A stretch of 64,000 nt of DNA from Muribaculaceae bacterium. GTDB lineage: Bacteria; Bacteroidota; Bacteroidia; Bacteroidales; Muribaculaceae. Shown here piece after piece: positions 44,601-54,361 of this stretch. Position numbers and translations under genes: made by a program. The notes below the pieces were generated by a model. That model ran no database searches. It was not told the origin of the DNA and was given only the letters and a program-made list of their open reading frames with translations. Location: NCBI GenBank assembly GCA_017553785.1, contig JAFZKD010000121.1, forward strand, positions 5,958-69,957, given 5' to 3'. How positions within the stretch are numbered: position 1 is the first letter of the stretch; every line of letters begins with the position of its first letter.

Positions 44601-46322
44601 GAGATGTCGGGTGACGCAAGGTTGTTCGGCAATTTCCACACCATTAACCTGGAGGGCGACCTGCACGTTGACACCATGCGTTTCCTCATCGATTTTGTGA
44701 ACTGCTACTATACCGCGTCCGATGTTGATATCCATGTCATCCCCGACCTGATAGAGTTTGAGGACATCCCCATCCATGACAAGGAAGGGCACGAGGCTCA
44801 TCTGGGCGGTTGGCTCAAGCATGACGCGTTCCATCGTCCTGAGTTCAATTTCGGTATCACTGGGGCCCGCGATTTCCTGTGCTATGACACCAATCCGGCG
44901 ATTAATCCCCGATGGTATGGTACCGTCTATGGTAACGGATCGTGTTTTGTTGACGGTGGCCCAGGCATTGTGAACATTAGGGTCAACATGGTTTCGGCGC
45001 CCCGCAGCAAGTTCACCTTTGTGATGAGTGATGACGAACAGGCCGAGACCTATGATTTCATCACTTTCCGTGACCGAAACGCGCCCGTCGCTCCAGTCAT
45101 CAAGGAAGACACCACGAGCCTCAAGTGGGTCTTCAGCAAGCTGAACCAGTTCAGGGCACCGCAACAGCAGGAGGAGAATGCCGAGCCCAGCGCCTACAAC
45201 ATCGACTTGCAGGGCGAAATCACCCCCGATGTCGCTGTTACCGTGATCATGGATCCAAAGGGTGGAGACCGCATCAAGGCCACAGGCCACGGCCACATGC
45301 GCCTGACCTATAACAACAATGACGAGATGATGATGTACGGCAAGTACACTCTGGATAAGGGTACCTACAATTTCACTCTGCAAGACGTGATTATCAGGGA
45401 CTTCACGATTGAAGAGGGCAGCAGTATCACCTTCTCGGGAGATCCTTACCGTGCGACACTTGACTTGGAAGCGGTGTATCAGTTGAATGCTAATCTCAAG
45501 GATTTGCACGAGTCCTTCAGCGACGATAAGGAGCTGAACCGCACCAGCGTGCCGGTTCAGGCGTTGCTGCGTGCCAATGGCATCATCTCGCAGCCCGACA
45601 TCTCGTTTGACCTGAAGTTCCCGTCCCTATCCAATGATGTATATCGCAAGGTAAAGAGCATTATCAGCACCGACGAGATGATGAGCCGCCAGATTATTTA
45701 TCTGCTTGCGCTTAACCGATTCTATACGCCTGAATTCACCGATTTGACCACCCACCAGAATGAGTTGATCTCATCGGTGGCATCATCGACGTTGTCGAGC
45801 CAGATGTCGAATATTTTGGGCAAGATGTCCGAAAACTTGTCGATTGCTCCTAATTTCCGAACCGACAAGGGTGATTTCAGTGACTTTGAGGTAGATGTGG
45901 CATTGTCGAGCCAGTTGCTCAATAACAGGTTGCTGATCAACGGTAACCTGGGCTATCGTGAGAACCCCTATAATACCAGCAGTACCGACAACACCAGCAA
46001 TACCAACTTCATCGGTGATTTTGATATCGAGTATCTGCTCAACGGTAAGGGGACATTCCGATTGAAGGCCTATAACCACTTCAATGACCAGAGACTGCGT
46101 GAAGCACTAACGACCCAAGGCGTGGGCATTGTGTGGAAGCACGACTTTGACCGTTTGTTCCACAAGAAGAACGATTTGGACTCGGTGGCACCTGATTTGG
46201 ACACGATACCCAAGCGTGAATTGCCCGCTGGACATGGTGACAGCAGTGTCAATAAGCCTGTGCCAATCGTTACTTTTCGTCAGTCACAACGTGAGCCCAA
46301 TACGTCCACAAGCAGCAAATGA
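41658..46322 (+). CDS. tamB: Translocation/assembly module TamB
   Basis: 1554 aa, N-terminal TM, beta-taco repeats, C-terminal LLNNRL..NGN...GDFDIEY. Confidence 0.88.
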   Translation: MSISRRTYNLLRSVVVTTLVTIVAAFALLYLFLLLPPLQQRLCQKGEKALSEYLNTTVDIGSVSITPFNQLELNNVLVNDQQGDSLLMIDKLGAGISLKDLIANRRIVITYGEIIGLNGHVTRPDKSSPTNMQFIIDAFKPKEDKPPKPFDVQVNTVVVRKSSISYDVLDQPCKPGAFDVNHLNVKNLRADLSLPQLRNNDFDIRVKRLSFDEGSGFTLSRLSTDVHITDNTLDVKNISVKLPNSDIHLDDIQLKYSSLKNLASEIAQMPIAVSTPGSVVTFSDLGAFVPQFRQLNHPFKISTTVVRDGQRIEVPVLSLRSKDEGLSLYAHGGVTLPTSGGYHSLSLDRIDLDANANSIAKVVSLVPGLTPEARSLISRCGNVAIDGELHTTPSVIKFNGDVGTSLGRVNLNGTLIQQQGASRFSGQVKTDGLRLGTLLDKQGLIDDVAMDAHVDAVMKNKDISGHLQGHISHVDFKGVRYHDINADIDKQGNQFTGSLAMNDPNGQVHVDGQALLDGVNSTYDVNIVTEDLNLLRMGLTNKYPDHRLAAKATASFWGNSLDNITGHVQLNDVAFTDAKGEGLRINNLQLDSDNNDDYEKVINVVSDHVSGYIEGEFDFKTIVPTIKHMLARTFPLYFEDYAPYTHAGPANDVTFDFTVHPDDELNRMLNLPVYPFFSYTVKGGLSESNNTFDMTLDAPFMRQGNKIITGTHLVASLDSLTNEVKLEARSSYPVKNGKKVDLNLMAIGLDNRINANLGWRVQGDTTLENLGDFHGDFNLCTLLNRSDHGKLNAEIDVNPSIMVINDTIWNIAKGHIDIDDGTVTVNNVAGSHAQQLIRINGKASHDPDDEICLELNDVNLDYVFETLAIDHVAFGGRATSKVFAGDLFSGTPRLYTPSLFIKDISYNQALMGDIDIKANFDNESKGIIVSGDIAQRNGRHSTLDGGIYVADDSLDILFKTDHANAAFLKPYMAAFTADVQGEMSGDARLFGNFHTINLEGDLHVDTMRFLIDFVNCYYTASDVDIHVIPDLIEFEDIPIHDKEGHEAHLGGWLKHDAFHRPEFNFGITGARDFLCYDTNPAINPRWYGTVYGNGSCFVDGGPGIVNIRVNMVSAPRSKFTFVMSDDEQAETYDFITFRDRNAPVAPVIKEDTTSLKWVFSKLNQFRAPQQQEENAEPSAYNIDLQGEITPDVAVTVIMDPKGGDRIKATGHGHMRLTYNNNDEMMMYGKYTLDKGTYNFTLQDVIIRDFTIEEGSSITFSGDPYRATLDLEAVYQLNANLKDLHESFSDDKELNRTSVPVQALLRANGIISQPDISFDLKFPSLSNDVYRKVKSIISTDEMMSRQIIYLLALNRFYTPEFTDLTTHQNELISSVASSTLSSQMSNILGKMSENLSIAPNFRTDKGDFSDFEVDVALSSQLLNNRLLINGNLGYRENPYNTSSTDNTSNTNFIGDFDIEYLLNGKGTFRLKAYNHFNDQRLREALTTQGVGIVWKHDFDRLFHKKNDLDSVAPDLDTIPKRELPAGHGDSSVNKPVPIVTFRQSQREPNTSTSSK

Positions 46323-47506
46323 AGATGAGTAGGATAATGTCGCTAGTGGCTTTCGCTGTACTGGGTTGCCTGCTGATGAGGGCAACCGGGGTGGAGTCTC
46401 CTGACGATAGCCTATCGCTCAAGACACAGGCTGTTGATAGCATGAAAGTGGCGACCGACGTCGCGGCAGTGGACGCTGTTGACTTGGCTGATGTGGAAAG
46501 CGGCTGGAAGGAGCGTATTTTTCGCAAGGGATGGAGTATCAACGATACAACGATCGCATACCCTCAGTTTGTGGACTTGGTGTTCAAAGGGTATCGTTGG
46601 GCTAACTACACGTTCAACTACTATGACAGCACCTATGTGGGCAACCCGGGTAAGACCTCAGGCAAGCGCTGGAAAATCATGCTCAAGAACAACAACTGGC
46701 TGGACTTCTATTCGGGTCATCTGAGTCAATGGAGGTCCTACGTCCAGTTGAACAGTGATGTCACGTCGTTGTTCGGTTTCCAGATTTGCGGCATGGGGCT
46801 TAGTTTTACCTACATGATTAATGCCCGCGACCTGCTGGCAGGCAGGTTTATACGCAACCGCCGCCTGCAGTTCTCGTTCACCACGTCACGCATCTTTGTC
46901 GAGGCCTATTACCGCAAGCATGACCAGAGCACATTGCACTTGCACTGGCTGGGCAAGTGGCAGGGCGATGAGATTTTCTCGGGGCTCAAGCGCGAGAGCT
47001 ATGGTTTTGATGCCTACTATATCTTTAATCACACCCATTACAGCCAGGCTGCCGCTTACTGCTTTTCCAAGTACCAGAGACGCAGCTCGGGCTCTCTGCT
47101 TGCGGGCATCTATGCGAGCCATCAGGACGTGGTGATGGACATGAGCCTGCTCAGCGACGAATTGAAAGAATATCTTCCCGATCAGGTGACAGATTACCGC
47201 TTCCGTTACCGTGATTTCGGATTTCTTGTTGGCTACGGGTACAGCTGGGTGTTCCATCATGGCTGGTTGTATAACATCACATTTGCACCGAGCATCGGCT
47301 ACCGTCACAGTTTCCCCAATTCCATCGAGGGCAAGAAATCGCTCCTGTCCACCAATCTTACCGCCAAGATGGCACTCGTGCGCACTGCCGGCAACTTCTT
47401 TTATGCCTTCAACCTCAATCACGAGGGACACTGGTACCACAGCCGCCAACACAGTTTCTATAACAGCTACAGCAACTTCGACCTGACCGCCGGCTTCCGC
47501 TTCTAA
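46319..47506 (+). CDS. DUF4421-like outer-membrane beta-barrel protein
   Basis: Signal peptide, YYIFNH..YS..AAY.FS..Q..S.GS, terminal GFRF. Confidence 0.75.
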   Translation: MKMSRIMSLVAFAVLGCLLMRATGVESPDDSLSLKTQAVDSMKVATDVAAVDAVDLADVESGWKERIFRKGWSINDTTIAYPQFVDLVFKGYRWANYTFNYYDSTYVGNPGKTSGKRWKIMLKNNNWLDFYSGHLSQWRSYVQLNSDVTSLFGFQICGMGLSFTYMINARDLLAGRFIRNRRLQFSFTTSRIFVEAYYRKHDQSTLHLHWLGKWQGDEIFSGLKRESYGFDAYYIFNHTHYSQAAAYCFSKYQRRSSGSLLAGIYASHQDVVMDMSLLSDELKEYLPDQVTDYRFRYRDFGFLVGYGYSWVFHHGWLYNITFAPSIGYRHSFPNSIEGKKSLLSTNLTAKMALVRTAGNFFYAFNLNHEGHWYHSRQHSFYNSYSNFDLTAGFRF

Positions 47507-47575
47507 CAGCCCCGATTATTTGCCAAGAGCCGGAAAAAGCATTACCTTTGTGGCGCTTTTAATGAGAGGTACGTC

Positions 47576-48592
47576 ATGAGTGTAACGATATTGGGAATAG
47601 AATCATCGTGTGACGACACGTCGGCAGCGGTATTGCGTGACACGGTGCTGTTGAGTAACGTCATCGCCAGTCAGCGGGTGCATGAGGCATACGGCGGCGT
47701 GGTGCCCGAACTGGCGTCGCGCGCCCACCAGCAGAACATCGTGCCGGTGGTGAGCGAGGCCATACGCCAGGCGGGAATCGACCGCAAGGACATTGATGCC
47801 ATCGCATTCACGCGCGGTCCTGGGTTGCCCGGATCGCTGCATGTGGGCACATCGTTTGCCAAGGGGTTGGCGCTGGCACTCGACATTCCGCTGATCGATG
47901 TCAACCACCTTCATGGCCATGTGTTGTCCCATTTCGTCAAGGAAACCGAGGACAGCGAGGTTCCCGAGTTTCCGTACCTATGCTTGCTCATTAGCGGAGG
48001 TAATTCCCAGATCATCAAGGTCAACGCTCCAACCGACATGGAGGTGCTGGGGCAGACGATCGACGATGCTGCAGGCGAGGCTTTCGACAAATGCGCCAAG
48101 GTCATGGGCCTGCCTTATCCTGGCGGCCCGCACATCGACCGCTTGGCTGCCCAGGGCAATAGCAAGGCGTTCAAGTTCGCGAAACCCCATATCGATGGTT
48201 ATAACTATAGCTTTAGCGGCCTGAAGACCTCGTTCCTCTACACCTTGCGTGACGCGCTCAAGGAGAATCCCAACTTCATCGAGGAGAACCGTGCCGACCT
48301 CGCCGCCTCGCTGCAGCGCACCATCATTGAGATATTGATGGACAAGTTCGGCAAAGCCATCAAGGACACAGGCCTCAAGACCATCGCCATCGGTGGCGGT
48401 GTGTCGGCCAATAGCGCAATGCGAGCCGCTGTCGAGGACTACGCCCGCCGTCACCGCCTCAAGGCCTTTATCCCAAAGCGTGTCTTCACAACCGACAATG
48501 CCGCGATGATTGCTATCGCGGGCCACTATAAGTTCCTGAATAAAGATTTCTGTGACATTACCGCGCCGCCGTTCCAGCGGGTGGTTATCTGA
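47576..48592 (+). CDS. tsaD: tRNA N6-adenosine threonylcarbamoyltransferase
   Basis: LGIESSCDDT, GGVVPELASRAH, NHLHGH, DDAAGEAFDK, SFSGLKT, TDNAAMIA. Confidence 0.96.
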   Translation: MSVTILGIESSCDDTSAAVLRDTVLLSNVIASQRVHEAYGGVVPELASRAHQQNIVPVVSEAIRQAGIDRKDIDAIAFTRGPGLPGSLHVGTSFAKGLALALDIPLIDVNHLHGHVLSHFVKETEDSEVPEFPYLCLLISGGNSQIIKVNAPTDMEVLGQTIDDAAGEAFDKCAKVMGLPYPGGPHIDRLAAQGNSKAFKFAKPHIDGYNYSFSGLKTSFLYTLRDALKENPNFIEENRADLAASLQRTIIEILMDKFGKAIKDTGLKTIAIGGGVSANSAMRAAVEDYARRHRLKAFIPKRVFTTDNAAMIAIAGHYKFLNKDFCDITAPPFQRVVI

Positions 48593-48967
48593 TAAACTAT
48601 CGGGCCGATGTTAACGCAATCGGTGATTGTCACTTTTCTTATTACTTCTCTTGGAAATGTCAAAACATATTACGAAATTTGCGCTGCGTATAATAGAAGT
48701 TACGATAAATGGTTGAAACAATCTATTTTGACCTACTGATACAAGGGAGCAGAGTACTGTTATGACCGTCAAAAACCTCCTCGTTGAAGACCTTGACCTA
48801 TGCAGTACTCTCATCGGATGCGATTCAAAAATAATTTAAGCAGTTCTTTAAGATAAATGAATATGCTCAATCGATAAATGTTTTGTAAATTTGCATTGTC
48901 CAATAGGGTTTATCATCAATTAGCGTTCATACACATAATTTGCAATAGATAGTATTAAAAGTCTATT

Positions 48968-50971
48968 TTGAGGAAGGAAAGAAAACATTCACGGTTAATC
49001 ACAATATGGGCGACCATATTGATTATGTTCACGGTTTTGTCACAAGATAACATCGTCTTTCTTCAGCATAATGGCCGTCAATCAATACCCATCAACAATG
49101 TTGATTCGATAAAAACTCAAGGCACAAGGCAATTCAATGTGTATATGATTGGGCAACAGACTCCTTATGTTGTGGCGGCAGATACGGCATTATACCTCTT
49201 AACTCTTCCTGACACACTTTTTATACAATTCAATGAGGGTGGAGTTTATTTCCAGAACCCTCACATGGATTGGATAAGAGTAAATGTTCAAGGCTCGATT
49301 GTCAACGTGCTAACTACAGGCAAGGAGCCGTTGATATGCGAGGTGAGTGGTACATGCAGCAATGGCAGACTTATAGTTGAATGCGACACAACATCTACTA
49401 TCGTACTCAACGGTCTGTCGCTTGTTAGCCAAGAGGGCAGCGCAATCTATCTGAAAGAAAAGCAGGAAACTGTTATTGAGGTGAAGGCTGGAACAACCAA
49501 TACTCTTAAGGATGCTGATACATATCAAAATCTGGATGCAACAGACAAATCGAATGCATGCATTTATGCCCGTGGATCTCTGACATTTGAAGGTACTGGC
49601 CAGTTGGCGGTTCAAGGCAATTATCGCAACGCCATCAGTAGCAATAAAAACATTACAGTCAATGATGGCGATATTCGAATCTTGAACACAACCAAGGACG
49701 GAATCCATTGCGATAAATATTGTCAGAATGGTGGCACAGTTGACATGCACCTGTCTAACCCAGCAACAAAGGGTATAAAAGCGAAAGAGTTAATAGAACT
49801 GATAGGTGGCCTGATATCAGGTGAAGCATTAGGTGATTTGACTATAACAGATGGAGAGACCACTTACTGCACACTGTTGAAAAGCGATAGTACTTGCCAT
49901 TTGCTTGGAGGAACTATTGACCTCAAGCATCATGGAGATGGAGGAAGATGTGTCTCGGTAGATGCAGACCTCATTGTGAACGGAGCTAGACTCAATCTCG
50001 AATGCCAGGGTAACGGCGGTGGATATATTAACGCACTTAACGATTCCGACTACTATTCGCCCAAATGTATCACCGCAAACGGCAATGTCCGTATTCTAAG
50101 GGGACAAATCAACTTGCTTTCAACAGGCATTGGAGGTAAAGGCCTTGACTGCTCTGACACTATCTTTGTTGGCAAGAAAGGCGAGGATTTCATCAGCGAG
50201 GATTCACTGCTCATCAAGATTGAAACTCGTGGTAATGCAGTCGTTGAAAATTCCGTGGAAGATTATCTTCATGGTTGCCCGAAAGCCATGAAAGCGGATA
50301 GTGACATTGAACTGTATTCTGGGACACTACGAATCAAAACGCATGGTTCAGGAGGCGAGGGCATAGAAAGCAAAGAATCATTGAGGGTTTATAATGCTAC
50401 GATTATTGCAGATTGCTATGACGATGGTATCAATACAAATCAACGTTGTTATATAAAAGGTGGTCTCATCTATTGTCGCTCTATTAATAACGACGGTATA
50501 GACAGCAATGGAAAATTGTCCGTTTCTGGCGGTTTTGTCGCTTCTATCAGCGAACACTTCATGAATGAAAGCTTCGATACCGAAGGAGGCCGTATGTATA
50601 TCTACGGAGGAAATGTATTTGGCATAAGCCGCAATGAAGTTTATGTCAGTGAGCAATCAACGGTTCCTTATTACTCCACAAAAACAAAATTCAATGAGTG
50701 GGGATTGAGATACGGTGATAGTATTAGAATAGCAAAAAACCATTATCTAACGATTTCATTAAACCAAGATGCTGTTATGTCATTTTTCCACGAGGTCTCT
50801 TTTGATGATGCGTTTGTAATTGTCGCTTCACCCTCTTTCATGCAAGGTGAAGTCTATCAAATATCCGATGGACTACCACCATCAAATCCGAATGAAACAT
50901 TATTAGATAATCAGGTCATTCTAGGTGGTCAAATTGATGAAAGTGAAATATTATATAACTTTAAACCATAA
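48968..50971 (+). CDS. Cthe_2159-type (DUF4353) beta-helix carbohydrate-binding protein; start uncertain
   Basis: GT.NTL.D, DGIH, KGIKA, GGEGIESK, DDGIN, NDGIDSNG repeats. Confidence 0.8.
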   Translation: MRKERKHSRLITIWATILIMFTVLSQDNIVFLQHNGRQSIPINNVDSIKTQGTRQFNVYMIGQQTPYVVAADTALYLLTLPDTLFIQFNEGGVYFQNPHMDWIRVNVQGSIVNVLTTGKEPLICEVSGTCSNGRLIVECDTTSTIVLNGLSLVSQEGSAIYLKEKQETVIEVKAGTTNTLKDADTYQNLDATDKSNACIYARGSLTFEGTGQLAVQGNYRNAISSNKNITVNDGDIRILNTTKDGIHCDKYCQNGGTVDMHLSNPATKGIKAKELIELIGGLISGEALGDLTITDGETTYCTLLKSDSTCHLLGGTIDLKHHGDGGRCVSVDADLIVNGARLNLECQGNGGGYINALNDSDYYSPKCITANGNVRILRGQINLLSTGIGGKGLDCSDTIFVGKKGEDFISEDSLLIKIETRGNAVVENSVEDYLHGCPKAMKADSDIELYSGTLRIKTHGSGGEGIESKESLRVYNATIIADCYDDGINTNQRCYIKGGLIYCRSINNDGIDSNGKLSVSGGFVASISEHFMNESFDTEGGRMYIYGGNVFGISRNEVYVSEQSTVPYYSTKTKFNEWGLRYGDSIRIAKNHYLTISLNQDAVMSFFHEVSFDDAFVIVASPSFMQGEVYQISDGLPPSNPNETLLDNQVILGGQIDESEILYNFKP

Positions 50972-50977
50972 TTGATT

Positions 50978-53053
50978 ATGAATAAATTAGTCTTAAGAAA
51001 TCTGACTCTAATTTTATTATGCCTAGTATCCGCCAATGTGTTCGCACAAGACATTTGGGACGGAACGACTGCATCTGGTTTTTATGGCGGAAGCGGAACT
51101 GAGTCTGACCCATACCAAATCAGAACTGGCGCAGAGCTGGTTTATTTCGCTAATCTTGTAAATTCAGGCGATGATTTCAGTGGCAAATACGTAAAGCTGA
51201 TGAATGACATCGATATGAATAAACAAAGTTTCAGCGTAACTGAGTTATTCGCTGGCACTTTTGATGGTAATGGCAAGTTTATTACTATGATGCTAGGATT
51301 ACCGACTAACAATAATCCGTTTATGCGAGTGAGTGGCAGAATTCATCATTTAGGAGTAAAGATTGACTTTGAAAATGAATATAAAGGTTTGTATTATGGA
51401 AAAATCCCATTAGTATATAGACTTGTAGAAGGAAGCATTTTAGAGGATTGTTATTATTCGATTCAGACAACAAATGAACTATTCTTTTATCAACCAACGC
51501 TTGCATGGGAAAATGATGGCGTGATAAAAAATTGTTGTGCAGAAGGACATTTTAATGTATATGGGGGATATTCTTCATCAAGTGATGGATCATTGCTTGT
51601 TTATAATAATAACAGTACAGGTGTGATAGAAAATTGTTATGCAAATGTAAACGGATGTAAAACCGGATATGGAAAAGCTTTACCGATATCATTCACTAAT
51701 AATGGTACAATAATTCATAACTCGAATGATATAGACTCACTGAATATGTGGGTTGACGAACATCCTGACCATTCAAGATGGACAAATTCGGGCCAATATA
51801 AGCTTGTGGATTTCAATCCATCATCAGAATGTACGATTGAGTTTTTAGATTCATTGTTTAACAACTCAATCCCTGCCATCAAAAGGCCATATGGAGAACC
51901 TGTTGGTGAGTTGCCTGTACCTACATCCAGTTGGTCATTTATAGGATGGAAACGAGCTGGAAAGATTGTTACACCCGATATTATTGTCGATGGCAATTGG
52001 ACGCTTTTTGCTGTTTGGCAACAACTAATTCGTCGTCAGCCAACCTTCGAAAATATGTCAATTGAAGTAGATGATTTTGAAAATGCATCGTTTCATTGGT
52101 ACGGAGTTTTTGGTGAACCAACACTTTTTGAGTATTGGATATCTCCACAAATTGATAATAGTGAAATTACGTCATATGCAATTGAGTTTGATGCAACTGA
52201 AGGCCAAGTTTTTAGTTTTAATTATAAAGTTAGTAGCGAGCGTGGATATGATGTGTTGAATGTATGGCGAAATGGCGTTTCAATTCTTGTTGCGAGTGGC
52301 GAAGAAACAGGTCATTTCATAGATGAGTTACCTGCCGATGGCAATTACAGATACACTTTTATGTATAGTAAAGATGATGATTCTAGCGAAGGTTCGGATA
52401 ATGTGATTATTTCAAATATAAGCTTGTCTTTTCCCGCAAATCAACTAGATTGTACATCATCGCAGCTTCCTGATTACCTGATAACTCAAAACGGCTTGTA
52501 TTATTGTAAGGTAAACTATTCTAATACTGGAGTTGTTTTAACAAGTGACACAGTAATTGTCAATGAACGGTATCTTGACAACATCCTGGAGATTAATAAC
52601 CTGGTTGCCCATACGGGAACAATACAAACTATGCCTGTTAACCTTGTAAATCATGATAACATCGTAGGGGTTGAGTTTGATTTACTTCTCCCTGAAGGCG
52701 TGACTTTAGAAGACAAATGCTTAGGTGAACGCTCAGAAACTCATCAGCGAACCACCGAGCTTATGGATAATGGTGCATGGCATTTTAGCATTCAGTCTTC
52801 AGCTGCCACAAATATTGATGGCAACGAAGGGAATATCCTTTATTTGATTTTGAAAATAGGTGAAGATGTAGCGTATAGTGATTACATGATAACCCTTTCC
52901 AATGTCAAATTGATGACACAGAGCGAAACTCTGATACATCCCAAAGATGTTGTTTCCCGTTTATCGATTTTGCCCAACGGCGACATCAATCAAGACGGAC
53001 GAATAAACATTTCAGACGTGACAAGTTTGATTGATTTTCTTTTAAGACACTAA
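50978..53053 (+). CDS. Secreted multidomain protein: GLUG-type N-terminus, InlB-B-like repeat, cohesin-like domain, single dockerin repeat
   Basis: WDG...GGSGTESDPYQI; F.GTFDGNG; WSFIGW...TLFAVW; PVNL.N...IVGVEFDL.LPEGV; GDINQDGRINISDVTSLIDFLL. Confidence 0.75.
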   Translation: MNKLVLRNLTLILLCLVSANVFAQDIWDGTTASGFYGGSGTESDPYQIRTGAELVYFANLVNSGDDFSGKYVKLMNDIDMNKQSFSVTELFAGTFDGNGKFITMMLGLPTNNNPFMRVSGRIHHLGVKIDFENEYKGLYYGKIPLVYRLVEGSILEDCYYSIQTTNELFFYQPTLAWENDGVIKNCCAEGHFNVYGGYSSSSDGSLLVYNNNSTGVIENCYANVNGCKTGYGKALPISFTNNGTIIHNSNDIDSLNMWVDEHPDHSRWTNSGQYKLVDFNPSSECTIEFLDSLFNNSIPAIKRPYGEPVGELPVPTSSWSFIGWKRAGKIVTPDIIVDGNWTLFAVWQQLIRRQPTFENMSIEVDDFENASFHWYGVFGEPTLFEYWISPQIDNSEITSYAIEFDATEGQVFSFNYKVSSERGYDVLNVWRNGVSILVASGEETGHFIDELPADGNYRYTFMYSKDDDSSEGSDNVIISNISLSFPANQLDCTSSQLPDYLITQNGLYYCKVNYSNTGVVLTSDTVIVNERYLDNILEINNLVAHTGTIQTMPVNLVNHDNIVGVEFDLLLPEGVTLEDKCLGERSETHQRTTELMDNGAWHFSIQSSAATNIDGNEGNILYLILKIGEDVAYSDYMITLSNVKLMTQSETLIHPKDVVSRLSILPNGDINQDGRINISDVTSLIDFLLRH

Positions 53054-53082
53054 CGTCATCACGGTAAGATACAAATAAAATG

Positions 53083-53113
53083 GGCCTCGGAATAGCCACG
53101 TTCCGAGGCTTTT
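53083..53113 (+). terminator. Intrinsic terminator
   Basis: GGCCTCGGAA...TTCCGAGGCT followed by TTT. Confidence 0.65.
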
Positions 53114-53165
53114 ATACAAACTGGTGCTCGATTAGCCGTTTTTGCGCTCGTCAGGGGGAGAAGTG

Positions 53166-53287
53166 GATGGCGCGGATGCGCTGGGCGAGGGTGTGGTGGC
53201 TGTAGCTGTACCACATGACCAACTTGCTGGTGTGCTTGTTCTCCTGTTGTTTGAATGATTTCTCCTCGTCATAACAACCTCCAATTC
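53166..53287 (-). pseudogene. Internally deleted remnant of an M48 peptidase gene
   Basis: Minus strand reads YDEEKSFKQQENKHTSK-LVMWYSYSHHTLAQRIRAI, matching both ends of 54362..55624. Confidence 0.85.
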
Positions 53288-53488
53288 TAGAACCGTTTCA
53301 TGACCGATTTGCTTATAAATTTGTGGGTCATTGTATATTTTGTGATAAGAAATTTGTGGGTCAGTGGATATTTGTGGGTAAAAAAATGTGGGGAAAATAT
53401 TTTTGTGTGTAATTTTGCGCTGTAAATCATCAAATTAGTATCATTTATCGATGAAATCTATATGAAGTGAATAATTAAGGTAGAGACT

Positions 53489-54346
53489 ATGAAAAAAGCG
53501 TGTTTTCTTCTTGTGATGCTGGCAATAGCATTCACATCTAACGGGCAATTATTATGGAAAGTGACCGGAAATGGCCTTGAAAAGCCAACATTTGTGTTTG
53601 GTACCATGCATTACGCACCACCCTCAATGATTGATAAGATCGCTGGACTTAACCAGGCACTTGAGAATTGTGATGTTCTCATTGTTGAGGCTGATGATTC
53701 CGATGGCACCCTAAATGGAATCTCCGCGCCTCGTGATAGCACACTCGATAAACTCCTTACGCCAGAGGAATGCAATGTGGTAAAGGCGGCGCTGGAACAC
53801 TATTTTGGTGCTGGCGGTGTAAACTTTGATGAGATGTCCCAATTGATTCCTGCATTTCTAACGGTTGGATTGGAATTTCTATTTACGCAGGAAGTATTCC
53901 CTGATTTCAAGATGTGGGAAGGTGGCGTAGACGATGAATTGGTACGCAGGGCGAAAAAGTCAGGAAAGCCAATTGATTCGTTTGAGACAACACAAGATCA
54001 GTATGATATTATTGAAAAGGCGGTATCTTCATTATCATTAAAACAACAGGCTCTTGATCTGTACTCAAAGTGCACCGATATCAATTATATCAATAAGTTG
54101 CATGATGAGATAGTTGCACATTGCACGACTTACAAAAATCAAGAGTTGGGGACTAATAACACCGAGGATAATCCAGATGAGAATATCTTAATTAATGACC
54201 GCAACCGCAATTGGGGTGATCAACTTGTCTCAAAGATGGCTGATCGTTGTTGTCTCGTCGCTGTAGGCAGGGGACATCTGCGTGGTGAAAAAGGTTTGCT
54301 ATAGTTATTACGAGATCGTGGCTATACTGTTGAGTCCGTGCAATAA
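53489..54346 (+). CDS. TraB/GumN family protein with an in-frame TAG 14 codons before the family-typical end
   Basis: LLWKV.GNGL.KP...FGTMH, RNRNW, AVG.GHL.GEKGLL*LLRDRGYTVESVQ; TAG at 54302-54304, TAA at 54344-54346. Confidence 0.8.
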
Positions 54347-54361
54347 GTGGTCACTTGGTCG

